Shown here in pieces: positions 21,862 through 31,330 of a stretch of 64,000 bases of DNA. Each line of letters begins with the position of its first letter. Position 1 is the stretch's first letter. The stretch is from assembly GCA_040217195.1 (NCBI GenBank), contig JAVJNR010000004.1, forward strand, positions 736,001 through 800,000, written 5' to 3'. The position numbers were made by a program, and so were the translations under genes. The notes beneath the pieces were generated by a model. That model was not told where the DNA came from, searched no databases, and saw only the letters and a program-made list of their open reading frames with translations. This DNA comes from Leptospiraceae bacterium (lineage in GTDB: Bacteria > Spirochaetota > Leptospiria > Leptospirales > Leptonemataceae).

Positions 21862-22341
21862 ATGTCTATTCATGATTATGAAGTAAAAACCATTCAGGGC
21901 GAAGAGCGTTCGCTTAAGGATTATAAAGGGAACCTTCTGATGGTAGTAAATGTAGCCAGCAAATGTGGTCTTACACCCCAGTACAAAGGTCTGGAAGAAT
22001 TGTATCGCAAGTATAAAGACAGAGGATTTCGCATTCTTGGCTTTCCATGCAATCAGTTCATGGGACAAGAGCCTGGCACTGAAGAAGAAATCCAGCAATT
22101 CTGCTCTACAAAATACGATGTAACCTTTGACCTTTTTTCCAAAGTAGATGTAAACGGATCCAATCGGCATCCGGTATATCAGTTTCTGGCAGGCGATGGC
22201 GCCAACTTTCCAGGAGATATTAGCTGGAACTTTGAGAAGTTTCTGGTAGATGGAGAAGGAAAGGTGGTTCAGAGATTTTCTCCTAAAACAGGACCTGCGG
22301 ACCCTTCCATTACGGAAGCTATTGAAAAAAACCTGAGCTGA
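21862..22341 (+). CDS. Glutathione peroxidase (Cys type)
   Basis: NVASKCGLTPQY, GFPCNQF, WNFEKFL; AAGGAG RBS. Confidence 0.95.
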   Translation: MSIHDYEVKTIQGEERSLKDYKGNLLMVVNVASKCGLTPQYKGLEELYRKYKDRGFRILGFPCNQFMGQEPGTEEEIQQFCSTKYDVTFDLFSKVDVNGSNRHPVYQFLAGDGANFPGDISWNFEKFLVDGEGKVVQRFSPKTGPADPSITEAIEKNLS

Positions 22342-22433
22342 AAGCCGGGTACCACCTGCCAATGTTTGCAGGTCCCGGCAGTTCAGTGCACTGGACAGAG
22401 GCTTCTATTCTTTATTAGCTCGTCATATAGAAT

Positions 22434-22769
22434 ATGGCTGAGAAAAGAAAAGAAAAAAGAATCAATTCAGTGCTTCCCATTACGGTCCGGACTCCCAGGT
22501 CCACGGTACAATGTGTCAGCATGAACGTATCCAGAAGCGGTGTTGGTTTTCTGAGCGAGAAGATTATTCCACCGGGCTCGGTGACTCTTCAGATTGCGCA
22601 GTCATCGGTAAAGGGGCGAATCCTTTATCGCAAAGAGCATGGGCCCGGATCGGTTATGAGCACAAGCAACGTATACCAGTACGGAGTGAGGCTGGAAGTA
22701 TCCGTGCCTGCCGCTGAACTGGAAAAATGGATATTCACTTCAAGAATGCCATCCAAGGGAAGAGCCTGA
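22434..22769 (+). CDS. PilZ domain protein
   Basis: EKRKEKR (RxxxR) and NVSRSG (D/NxSxxG), YGVRL. Confidence 0.8.
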   Translation: MAEKRKEKRINSVLPITVRTPRSTVQCVSMNVSRSGVGFLSEKIIPPGSVTLQIAQSSVKGRILYRKEHGPGSVMSTSNVYQYGVRLEVSVPAAELEKWIFTSRMPSKGRA

Positions 22770-23088
22770 TTCTTGAATTTGCTCAGGGATTCTCCGCCAG
22801 ACCAGAAACGGCCGCTCCGAAAGAGTCAGACGATATCCGTATTAAAGAATTACAAGGCAGAAAGGCCGGAAAGTAGGAAAGCAGGATAGTAGGAAAGTAC
22901 AGACAGCAAGCCGCGAAAGAAGTTCGATCGAACTCGATCGGGTCTGGGTTGCAGCCCCTTGCTCAGGCCGGACACCACTCTCATTTAAATCAAGAAAGCA
23001 CGGATAGAAATTACATAAGCGAGTGCAAGAAGCTCTAGAAGCAGTCCACCGAGATGGTTTCGGGTCGGTTTGAATTGCGAAACAATAG

Positions 23089-24225
23089 TTAATGTGAAAT
23101 GTTCGAATCCAGGCGAATTTGAGGCAGATACTTACCTCCCTGGTATTTCTGTAAAAAGTCCACAATCCATTCTCTAACCTGGCATCTAAGATCCCACAGT
23201 CTGGCCGAATCAGAACTACTGACCAGACAGCGCAGAACGATGGTGCGATCCGTAGCCTCTGTGACCTGGAGCCCCACAGCCTTTCCGTCCCAGTTTTCGC
23301 AGCCTTTTACAAAATCAATGAGTGCATTACGAACCTCTGCTACAGGTATGGAGTAATCCGCATGAACTTCAACTGTGCCCAGCAACTCCGAGGAGCTTCT
23401 AGTCCAATTTTCAAAGCTAGAATGTAGAATGCTTTCCACAGGAAGTATGAGCCTACGAAGATCCCATGTTCTTACCACTACGAAGGTCAACTGGATTTCC
23501 TCCACAGTGCCATACTGCCCTTCTACAATTAGTACATCTCCCAGGCGAATGGGCTGAGTTATTGCGATCTGTAACCCGGCAACAAGACTCTGAATAGATT
23601 TCTGAGCTGCAAAGCCCATCATGATTCCTGCAATACCGGCAGAAGCCAGAAGGGAAACTCCAATCTTTCGAACCACATCAAATTGCATTAGAATCAATGC
23701 TGCGCAAAAGACGATAATGAAAATTCCACCGATCCTACGAAAGACGGCCACCCGGGTACGAATACCTCGACTTCGATGTACATCTTCCCTGGAAGCAGCC
23801 AGCAATGCCAGCATGGAAAGAAAACCCACCAATCTGTGGGCTGCCCAGCCAAGCACAATTACCAGAGTAATCAGAAGTGATCGATCTACAATACCCTGAA
23901 CTGGTTCATGCAGGAGCAGCAGACGAAAAGACACAAATTGAATTAGAATAAAAAAGAAGAATCGAAAAGGCCCTTTCATCTGATCGATCAGCTGATCGTC
24001 CCAGGCTATTTCAGTTTTCTTTGATAGTTTGCGCAGGGTCTTTACAATTAATCCGCCTACTGCATAGGCCAGTCCCAGAGCCAGAGCGATAGCCAGAGGC
24101 ATACCAATCCATTGCCACAGCTCCACATCCAGAAACTGCACAGATTGCAGCCAGTCTGGAATCCATCCGCGAACCCAATCATTGATTACTTTTTCGTTTT
24201 GCGGCGACAATTCTTCCCAGGTCAT
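23089..24225 (-). CDS. MscS-family mechanosensitive channel
   Basis: SLLASAGIAG..GFAAQ, QPIRLGD, GTVEEI, FENWTR. Confidence 0.92.
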   Translation of the reverse strand: MTWEELSPQNEKVINDWVRGWIPDWLQSVQFLDVELWQWIGMPLAIALALGLAYAVGGLIVKTLRKLSKKTEIAWDDQLIDQMKGPFRFFFFILIQFVSFRLLLLHEPVQGIVDRSLLITLVIVLGWAAHRLVGFLSMLALLAASREDVHRSRGIRTRVAVFRRIGGIFIIVFCAALILMQFDVVRKIGVSLLASAGIAGIMMGFAAQKSIQSLVAGLQIAITQPIRLGDVLIVEGQYGTVEEIQLTFVVVRTWDLRRLILPVESILHSSFENWTRSSSELLGTVEVHADYSIPVAEVRNALIDFVKGCENWDGKAVGLQVTEATDRTIVLRCLVSSSDSARLWDLRCQVREWIVDFLQKYQGGKYLPQIRLDSNISH

Positions 24226-24823
24226 TTATATTCGGGATTACAATGCGATCAGCGAAGAGCTCCACTTTACCCTGCTTTACAAAATGACTAATCACTTTTT
24301 GAACTTCATACGTTGGTTGACCACACCAGTTGGCCACATCGTCTACAGATATGTGAAACACCATATTGTTGATCTTTCCATAATTGGGATCTTTTTCCGA
24401 AAGCATCAGAAAAACATCGGCCACTTTTGCCTGTAAGTCTTCCAAAAGCAAGATCTGAAGACGGCGCTTCGCATCATAAATACGTTTAGAGAAAATGACA
24501 AGCAATCGATGGGCCAGTTGCGGATTTCCGTTCATCAAGGTATCGAAGTTTGCACGATTGAAGTGCAGTGTCTTCACTGTATCCATGGCAATGGCGCTGG
24601 CACTTCTAGGTTCCTCCTCCAGAATCGCCATTTCGCCAAAGATGTCGCCCACAGATAGTACATCCAGGGTCTTTTGAGTCTGACCAAAAGTCTTGGTAAT
24701 CTTTACCTGACCGTCTTGAATAAAATAGAAATCATTTCCCGGTTCAAATTCACAGAAGATGATTTCGCCTGGCTCGAACGTCTTGCCAAACTTCTCAAAG
24801 AGGGATTCCGGGAGCAGCATCAT
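24179..24823 (-). CDS. Crp/Fnr-family cNMP-binding regulator
   Basis: Canonical phosphate-binding cassette GDIFGEMAILEEEPRSASA; C-terminal wHTH-like region. Confidence 0.9.
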   Translation of the reverse strand: MMLLPESLFEKFGKTFEPGEIIFCEFEPGNDFYFIQDGQVKITKTFGQTQKTLDVLSVGDIFGEMAILEEEPRSASAIAMDTVKTLHFNRANFDTLMNGNPQLAHRLLVIFSKRIYDAKRRLQILLLEDLQAKVADVFLMLSEKDPNYGKINNMVFHISVDDVANWCGQPTYEVQKVISHFVKQGKVELFADRIVIPNINDLGRIVAAKRKSNQ

Positions 24824-25908
24824 GTTAAAGCTTCCAACCTCTTTTTCGCTTCATCGGTCATTTCATCCGGAGGATTCATGGACACCACTTTCTTGAATAG
24901 TGTGGCCGCCCTATCATTGTTTCCCGAGGACTGTGCAATCATTCCTAGCTGAAAAATGGAAGGCTTAACTGCAGGTCCGGTGGGGTACTGTTTAATATAA
25001 GCGCTAAAAGTCTGGGATGCTTCGTTGACCTGTTTCAGTTTAATCTGAGTACGCCCCAGTTCATAGAGACATTTGGCCACGGCAGCACCCTCTGCTTCTG
25101 TATGTGGACTGGTTACTTCCTGAGCTTTCTGGTATCTCTCTGCCGCACTATCAAAATCACCGTTGCGAAAGAACTCCTGACCTTCCTGTAATAATTCCGT
25201 TGCATCGATTCCGCCAGAACCATCGCCATCTCCAAAACTGTCATCGTCAGGCATGGCAAATGGATCGTCGTCCACGGAGTCCGCAGGTAACATACTCTGG
25301 GCCATAAATGAAGGATCCAGAGTATCCTGCCCGGGCCCGGTTTGAGATTCCAGTTCAGGATAGCCAGTAGGATAGGATTGCCCCTTTCGCGCCATTTGAA
25401 GCAGCTCCTGGGCACGCGAAGAGAACTCACCGTTGGGATAATAACCCATGTATCTTTCAAAAGCATACACAGCATGATCCACATTGCCGGTGCGGAAGAA
25501 GGATTCTGCTACGTTCATCAATTCAAAGGCTGGATCTCTGGTGGAGTCCGCCTTCAGGATGTTGCGCACCTGGCGATGTATGTCTCGAAGCTGTTTGGAG
25601 AACACCCTGAGCATTTTAAGTATTAATCTGGTGTTCTTTAAAATGAATTGCTCGAACTCATTAAGTTTAAATACAACAAGAGTGGTTTTTCCAATTACCT
25701 GGGCCGTCTCTTCCCGGGGATATCGTCCCATACTGGACTTGACCGCGAAGAATTCACCCACCGCCACTTCTTCACGGATTTCCTCGCCAGAGTCGATTGC
25801 TGTACTGATCAATACAACACGGCCGGACTGCAGCACGTACACATCGTCCCCTTTGTCACCCTGGAAGTAGACTATGGAACCACCGGTGTAAATTCTTGAA
25901 ACAGGCAT
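24820..25908 (-). CDS. cNMP-binding domain plus TPR protein
   Basis: YFQGD..DDVYVLQSG; atypical cassette GEFFAVKSSMGRYPREETA; acidic linker; BamD-like TPRs. Confidence 0.88.
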   Translation of the reverse strand: MPVSRIYTGGSIVYFQGDKGDDVYVLQSGRVVLISTAIDSGEEIREEVAVGEFFAVKSSMGRYPREETAQVIGKTTLVVFKLNEFEQFILKNTRLILKMLRVFSKQLRDIHRQVRNILKADSTRDPAFELMNVAESFFRTGNVDHAVYAFERYMGYYPNGEFSSRAQELLQMARKGQSYPTGYPELESQTGPGQDTLDPSFMAQSMLPADSVDDDPFAMPDDDSFGDGDGSGGIDATELLQEGQEFFRNGDFDSAAERYQKAQEVTSPHTEAEGAAVAKCLYELGRTQIKLKQVNEASQTFSAYIKQYPTGPAVKPSIFQLGMIAQSSGNNDRAATLFKKVVSMNPPDEMTDEAKKRLEALT

Positions 25909-25909
25909 C

Positions 25910-27151
25910 TTATAACGCTACTGGCAGTATTTCCGAGATTCGGTTGCGACCGGCCACAGAAGATAGAGAGTCTAGCACTCCGGAAACACCCGCTACAATC
26001 AATTTTCGGGAACTACCCACCTGAATTCGATCAAAATTCACATTACAATGTCGAAACACGGGCTCCAGAGTTTCCTCCCCATAGACCGGTACACCGTCTC
26101 TGATAACCAGAAAAACTTTTTCCGGACTAAGGTCGGCAATTACCTGCTGAATGTCCCGACTTCTACTCTGAACTACAAGCACATCGGCCTTTTTCCCGGC
26201 CTCCAGAGTCCCTCGATCCCCCTGTCGGAAGATGCGGGCCGGGTTAGAAAGCAATATCTCTGGAAGGAGATCAATATGAGACCCCAGGGTTTGCCGGGCC
26301 AGTTGTAGATTATCGATCATTCCCTTTCCGCCGGCCATGGCAGTATCCGTGCCCAGGCAAAAGGGAATCCTGCGTTCCAGAATTGCCTCTACAGGCATTG
26401 TTCGATCATACAGAAATTCATTACTTACCGGGCACCATACCAGACAGGCCCCGGATTCGGCCACCAGGTCCAGATCAGACTCGGAAAGAGATAGACCGTG
26501 AACCAGCACCGTTTCCGGTCCCAGGGCCCCGAATTCATCCAGCATCTTCAATGAGTCCCGGCTTTCCGGGTCAAAACCCTCCGCTATATGAACTATGAAA
26601 GGCAGTCCATTTTCACGAGCCCTTTGATACTCACGGGAGATTCCATCTCCCCACTTCAAGGAATAAGAAGAAACACTATGGGCTATACCAAAGTCAGATA
26701 GCAGTGTGACCGGGATCTGTGACTCAAACGGCTTGCGAACGAAATCGGGTATATGGTCCACCACCATGGTGCAACCATTCATCAGATTCCTGTAAGCACC
26801 GAGCTGGTATAAATCGGCTACATCCAAAAGCATTCGATCCTGAAACTCCTGAGAAGACTTCACCTCATTGTCCCAGGAAAGCCAGTTCATGTGGGGGAAA
26901 CCACGGCCCCGATAAGGAAGGTAGCTGGCCAGTAAAGAGTCATGGCCATTAATTAGAGCGGGCAAAACGGCCAGACCATGAAGATTCAGACTGAGTAGAT
27001 CATCATGCTCATCGCCATCCGAGAGAACTTCTTCAATGGAATCGCCGGAAAAACATAGCCCGGACATGGAGTGGAATCCATCATCCTGGTAGATTTCCGC
27101 ATTTGTTATTTGCCAGCGTTCCACAGATCCCCCCATCTCTTTTCGGGCCAA
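25910..27151 (-). CDS. Amidohydrolase-superfamily (deaminase-like) protein
   Basis: PALINGHD, VHIAEG, LVHG, CPVSN, LGTD, GTLEAGKKAD. Confidence 0.88.
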   Translation of the reverse strand: MARKEMGGSVERWQITNAEIYQDDGFHSMSGLCFSGDSIEEVLSDGDEHDDLLSLNLHGLAVLPALINGHDSLLASYLPYRGRGFPHMNWLSWDNEVKSSQEFQDRMLLDVADLYQLGAYRNLMNGCTMVVDHIPDFVRKPFESQIPVTLLSDFGIAHSVSSYSLKWGDGISREYQRARENGLPFIVHIAEGFDPESRDSLKMLDEFGALGPETVLVHGLSLSESDLDLVAESGACLVWCPVSNEFLYDRTMPVEAILERRIPFCLGTDTAMAGGKGMIDNLQLARQTLGSHIDLLPEILLSNPARIFRQGDRGTLEAGKKADVLVVQSRSRDIQQVIADLSPEKVFLVIRDGVPVYGEETLEPVFRHCNVNFDRIQVGSSRKLIVAGVSGVLDSLSSVAGRNRISEILPVAL

Positions 27152-27311
27152 TCACCTCATTTTGGACATAATCCGGATGAAAAAAGCGATACTCGATCCT
27201 CCCTGCATTCAGGCACGGGTCAAGCATTCCGGTTAGCAGCGCAGCCTTTTTAGCCTAAAAGACTTGACCATCAACCCACCATCAGAATTCCTTGCTGGAA
27301 GGTGGTGAATC

Positions 27312-27590
27312 GTGGCTAATATTAAATCCTCCAAAAAGGATATTCGAAGAACAGAAAAGCGTCGTGCTCTAAACGCTCAACAAAAGGCAAGACTGCGTAC
27401 TTTTGATAAGAAAGTTCGTAATCTTATGGCTGAAGGGAAAACGGATGAGGCCAAGCTGGCGTTTCGTTCCTTTTCTGCATTTGTTGACCGTGCCGGAAAG
27501 CGCAATCTGATCCACCATCGTCAGGCAGATCGTCGTAAGTCTCGTCTGGCCCACCTGATCAACGGAGGAGCCAACCAGGCTTCTGCTTAA
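27312..27590 (+). CDS. rpsT: 30S ribosomal protein S20
   Basis: MANIKSSKK...IHHRQADRRKSRL. Confidence 0.97.
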   Translation: MANIKSSKKDIRRTEKRRALNAQQKARLRTFDKKVRNLMAEGKTDEAKLAFRSFSAFVDRAGKRNLIHHRQADRRKSRLAHLINGGANQASA

Positions 27591-27601
27591 TCTCTAAACT
27601 C

Positions 27602-27674
<73 letters not shown>

Positions 27675-27689
27675 CATTCCCTCTACCAG

Positions 27690-27714
27690 AAAGGCCGCTT
27701 ATGCGGCCTTTTTT
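27690..27714 (+). terminator. Rho-independent terminator after rpsT-tRNA-Val
   Basis: AAAGGCCGC-TTAT-GCGGCCTTT followed by TTT. Confidence 0.9.
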
Positions 27715-27832
27715 AGTATGGGCCCCGAATCCAGGTGTTTTACTTTCCGGTGAAAGCTCGGCATGCCCGGGCCCGGATTCGTCAACAGCCCCAACCCACT
27801 GCGCAAAATGAAGGCTACTCCGACACTCCGAC

Positions 27833-28198
27833 CTACTTTGTCAGAGTTTCGGAGCCCTGGCCATCGGCCCAGGTCCCTTCCAGCACAGCTCCGTTGTCTT
27901 TTACTTCGTAGATTACCGGAAAGTCCTGACCCCAGTCCACAGTAAGTGTAGTCCCACTCAAATTACCTTTTCCAGAAAACTGATCTCCGGCGATGTTCCA
28001 GTTGAATAGATAGTCTTCCCCGGATTGAGTTACAGTTACATTTCCGCGATAGGGGGTTCCGTCTGGATTTGTACCGTTAACCTGGTAGGTTCCCTGGACT
28101 CCTTCCGATTTTGCAGAGGATTCATTACACTGAGCAAATGTGACAGCCAATACCGTTGCCAGTATTAGTACCCATTTTCGTTGTCCAATTAGTTGCAT
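27833..28198 (-). CDS. Small beta-rich lipoprotein
   Basis: FAQC lipobox; GTYQVNGTNPDGTPYRG...LEGTW; AGGAG RBS. Confidence 0.8.
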   Translation of the reverse strand: MQLIGQRKWVLILATVLAVTFAQCNESSAKSEGVQGTYQVNGTNPDGTPYRGNVTVTQSGEDYLFNWNIAGDQFSGKGNLSGTTLTVDWGQDFPVIYEVKDNGAVLEGTWADGQGSETLTK

Positions 28199-28444
28199 TC
28201 TTGAGCTCCTGAAAGTTTTTTTGCGAATCCATCGCGGATGACCCGAAGATTCAGATTCGATCCACGGATGCCTGAAAGACGGGCCGGAGGATGCGCGACT
28301 AAATTCTAATGTAATAAGACGTTACTGCAAGAAAGAAATTCCACCAGGTGCCAGTGATGCCAATGAAAGCAATTAATCTGTCCGAATTTTCCAGATTCGG
28401 TAGCGATACAGTATTGGGATCCGGTTGCCGATTTCTGCCATCGC

Positions 28445-30235
28445 CTAAATTAGCTGCAGGGTAAGCCTCTTTTCGACTCCAGCCATAAAGGCGATACAAT
28501 CCAGCTGGTATTGGCGACAGAGACTTAACCGTTTCTGCCTGATCTCTCCCTCCAGTCGAAGTGTGCTTCGGTAATAGAGCATGGAACAAATCAGCCTGGC
28601 TGCTCCCTCCACGATTAACGATGCTACCTTTTCTCTTTCCTCAGAGGCCAGCTCTTTATAGCGATGAATGCATTGCTCGAATGTGTCTCTAATTTCATCG
28701 AGAATAGATGTCTCTGAACTATCAAAATGATCCCATTCGCAGTCCAGGTATTCTCTTAAGAAACCCTGAGGACCCATTCCAGTAACAACACCACCAATAG
28801 CTGCATTTACTTGAATCTGAGAGGTACCGTCATAGATAGTGACTACTCGAGCATCCCTGTATAGTCTGGAAACATCATAGTCTTCCGTAAATCCAGCTCC
28901 TCCATGTATCTGCACAGCTTTGCCAACAATGGAAATGCAGGACTCGGAACAATAGAACTTGGAAATGGGAGTCAGTATTCCGGCCAGTTTTTCCCAGTAT
29001 TTGATGATTGTATCGCTTTTTAGATCTTTCTCCGTGGCTCCCTGGCGCTTCAGATGTTCGCCTCGCCAGTAATAGGAATCCATAGCCCGGGCGCCTTCGA
29101 ATTGCAGGCATCGCATGGCCTGAACCGTAGATTCCATTTCCTGAATCATGGATGCCACTGCAGGAATTTGATCCAGAGGCCGTTCGAACTGAATTCGTTC
29201 CGATGCATATTTCTTCGCTTCTTCCAGAGCCGCCGTGGACAATCCCACGGATTGCTGAGTAATTCCCATCCGGGCTCCGTTTAGCATGCCCATGGTATAA
29301 CGTACCAGACCCATACCGGATTGCCCCACAAGTAAACCTGGAGTATCTTCAAGCACGATTTCGCACGTAGGAGAAGCATGCATTCCCATCTTTTTTTCGA
29401 TGCCTGCCACCTTTGCATATTGACTGTTCACCAGAAAGAAACTGAGGCCTCTGGCTCCACTGTTCGCACTTCCGGTTCGAGCCAGCAACAATAGCAATGC
29501 AGGCTTATCGCCGGTGCCGCAGCCCTGGGAAATAAATCGTTTCGCCCCTTCCAGCATATACAGTGAGTCCGCATCATCGCCGGCAAACTCTGCGAATTTC
29601 TTTTTTTCTTCCTCGGTGGCAGGGCGGGCTTTTGTGCGAAGATTGGGTAGATCCGATCCATGGTCCGGCTCTGTAAGTCCCATGGCACAGGCGTATTGAC
29701 CGTCCGCCAGAGCCGGAACCCATCTCTTTCGCATTTCTTCGCTTCCGTTTTTCTCAATAATTTCTGCCAGATTTATACAACCAATAGCGATAGTAAGTGC
29801 AGCATCCACTCTGTACATCATTTCGGTAAAAAATGCTCTGACCGTCCAGGGTAGTCCAAGGCCACCATACTCCCTTGCAAGACCGGTGGGCTGCAATCCT
29901 GCCTGCCTGGCTTCTTCCACAATCTCCAGCATTTTGGCCGGAAAATGAACCTCCCCTTTATCAAAGGAAACTCCTTCGCGATCGATGGAAGCAACATAAG
30001 GCGCTATTTTTTTACCTGCAAACTCTCCCACGCTCTCCAGCACAGAGCGATAGTATTCCACCGCCTCTTCTTTCGTGGATGGAGCCAGAGCAAATCGATC
30101 GTCTCCGGTTTCTTTGAACCGTCTGGCATCAAAAAAATCTGCCTCGTAAGCTTCTACTACCTCGCCCCATCGTACCAGATGCTCAAAGTGAAGCTGTAAA
30201 TCTTCGTTATCTAAGAAATAGTTTCCTTCGATCAT
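28445..30235 (-). CDS. Acyl-CoA dehydrogenase family protein
   Basis: MGLTEPDHGSD, GAKRFIS, EKKMGMHASPT, RIQFERP, QIHGGAGF. Confidence 0.93.
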   Translation of the reverse strand: MIEGNYFLDNEDLQLHFEHLVRWGEVVEAYEADFFDARRFKETGDDRFALAPSTKEEAVEYYRSVLESVGEFAGKKIAPYVASIDREGVSFDKGEVHFPAKMLEIVEEARQAGLQPTGLAREYGGLGLPWTVRAFFTEMMYRVDAALTIAIGCINLAEIIEKNGSEEMRKRWVPALADGQYACAMGLTEPDHGSDLPNLRTKARPATEEEKKKFAEFAGDDADSLYMLEGAKRFISQGCGTGDKPALLLLLARTGSANSGARGLSFFLVNSQYAKVAGIEKKMGMHASPTCEIVLEDTPGLLVGQSGMGLVRYTMGMLNGARMGITQQSVGLSTAALEEAKKYASERIQFERPLDQIPAVASMIQEMESTVQAMRCLQFEGARAMDSYYWRGEHLKRQGATEKDLKSDTIIKYWEKLAGILTPISKFYCSESCISIVGKAVQIHGGAGFTEDYDVSRLYRDARVVTIYDGTSQIQVNAAIGGVVTGMGPQGFLREYLDCEWDHFDSSETSILDEIRDTFEQCIHRYKELASEEREKVASLIVEGAARLICSMLYYRSTLRLEGEIRQKRLSLCRQYQLDCIAFMAGVEKRLTLQLI

Positions 30236-30849
30236 TTCATCTCTCTTTTGGAGACAAAGGCGCCCCGAATCTCATTCAGTTTATATCCTGTGGCTTCATC
30301 GTCCGGATAGAGGTTTTCAATTACAGTTCTTGTCTCTGGTTTAATATCATCGGCTCCTCCATGACATTGGAGACAGAGTGCAGCCTGGATGGGGATGGGA
30401 CTCATTACGTATTCTGCATCTACAGTGCGAAATTGAACCGGGGACAGGGGCTTATTCTCAGCCATTCTATTTTTCCATAAATCCAGCACAGCGGCTTCGA
30501 ATTCGTTGGCTCTGTGATCCGGGTTTCTGGGCTTATCTGAAACTCTGTAAATCTGCCAGCCGGACTCACTGTGCTTTTCTTCCATTTCCGGAGATGCAAT
30601 GCTGCAAACCTGGATTGCATGCGGGGCTCCCTCCTTCTGAATCGCGCCAATCAGCCTCTTTTGTAGATCCCCTTTGAAAGCCATGAATCTGTTCAGGGAC
30701 TGTTGAGTCTCTGGCGAAGGATGTTCTACTGAAATAGCATCCAGGCCCGCTTCCTGTATATCCTGCCCGGATTCAAAGGAATCCGCACCGCATTGGATAA
30801 GCAGAAAGGAAAGGAATGATAAAAGCAATAGTAGAGTTATACGAGGCAT
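30232..30849 (-). CDS. Tll0287-like (DUF3365) heme-c lipoprotein
   Basis: LIQC lipobox, AIQVC, RVSDKPRNP, CLQCHG, YPDDEATGY...RGAF. Confidence 0.88.
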   Translation of the reverse strand: MPRITLLLLLSFLSFLLIQCGADSFESGQDIQEAGLDAISVEHPSPETQQSLNRFMAFKGDLQKRLIGAIQKEGAPHAIQVCSIASPEMEEKHSESGWQIYRVSDKPRNPDHRANEFEAAVLDLWKNRMAENKPLSPVQFRTVDAEYVMSPIPIQAALCLQCHGGADDIKPETRTVIENLYPDDEATGYKLNEIRGAFVSKREMK

Positions 30850-31330
30850 GCCCCAGATTTTAGATCTGATTAACGGAAAGCAAGAAAAAGTCCCCGGACT
30901 TGAAGAGCATTTTACATCATACCGGAGCGCTCATCCTGGTCTGCATGGCCATTACCCTCTTATCCCCGGGCCTCAGCTTTTCCAGAAGCGAAAGTACTAT
31001 CCGGGATCGATCCTGCTTGCCCAGTTTTTTTATAAATGGAATAGAAGCATTAAATTGCGACTGTGCTGCGGATTTCTATATATAGAGCCTTTCGGACTGC
31101 TGCATGGCTCTGGTATCGTTTGCGCCACAATGAATGCCAGTGAGAATCAGCGGTGCAATACCTGATAGAAGAAGCCACCGTTGCATCCCTTATCCATGGA
31201 CGCATCTCAGGAAACTGCAAGAAAATAAGAAGGAACCCTGTACTTAAGTTCAAGCTTCAGAAGTATTACCTCCTTGACCCAATGTGCCTTCGTAACCCTT
31301 TAGCTTCCGGAAGCGAATCCGGGGAGCAAG

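Noticed and set aside
21862..22341. Selenocysteine glutathione peroxidase
   Set aside because: Active-site codon is TGT (Cys) with no in-frame TGA
22842..23165. 107-aa minus-strand ORF and AGGAAAG-like short repeats downstream of mscS
   Set aside because: No recognisable motifs, overlaps the mscS end, and the repeats are short and irregular
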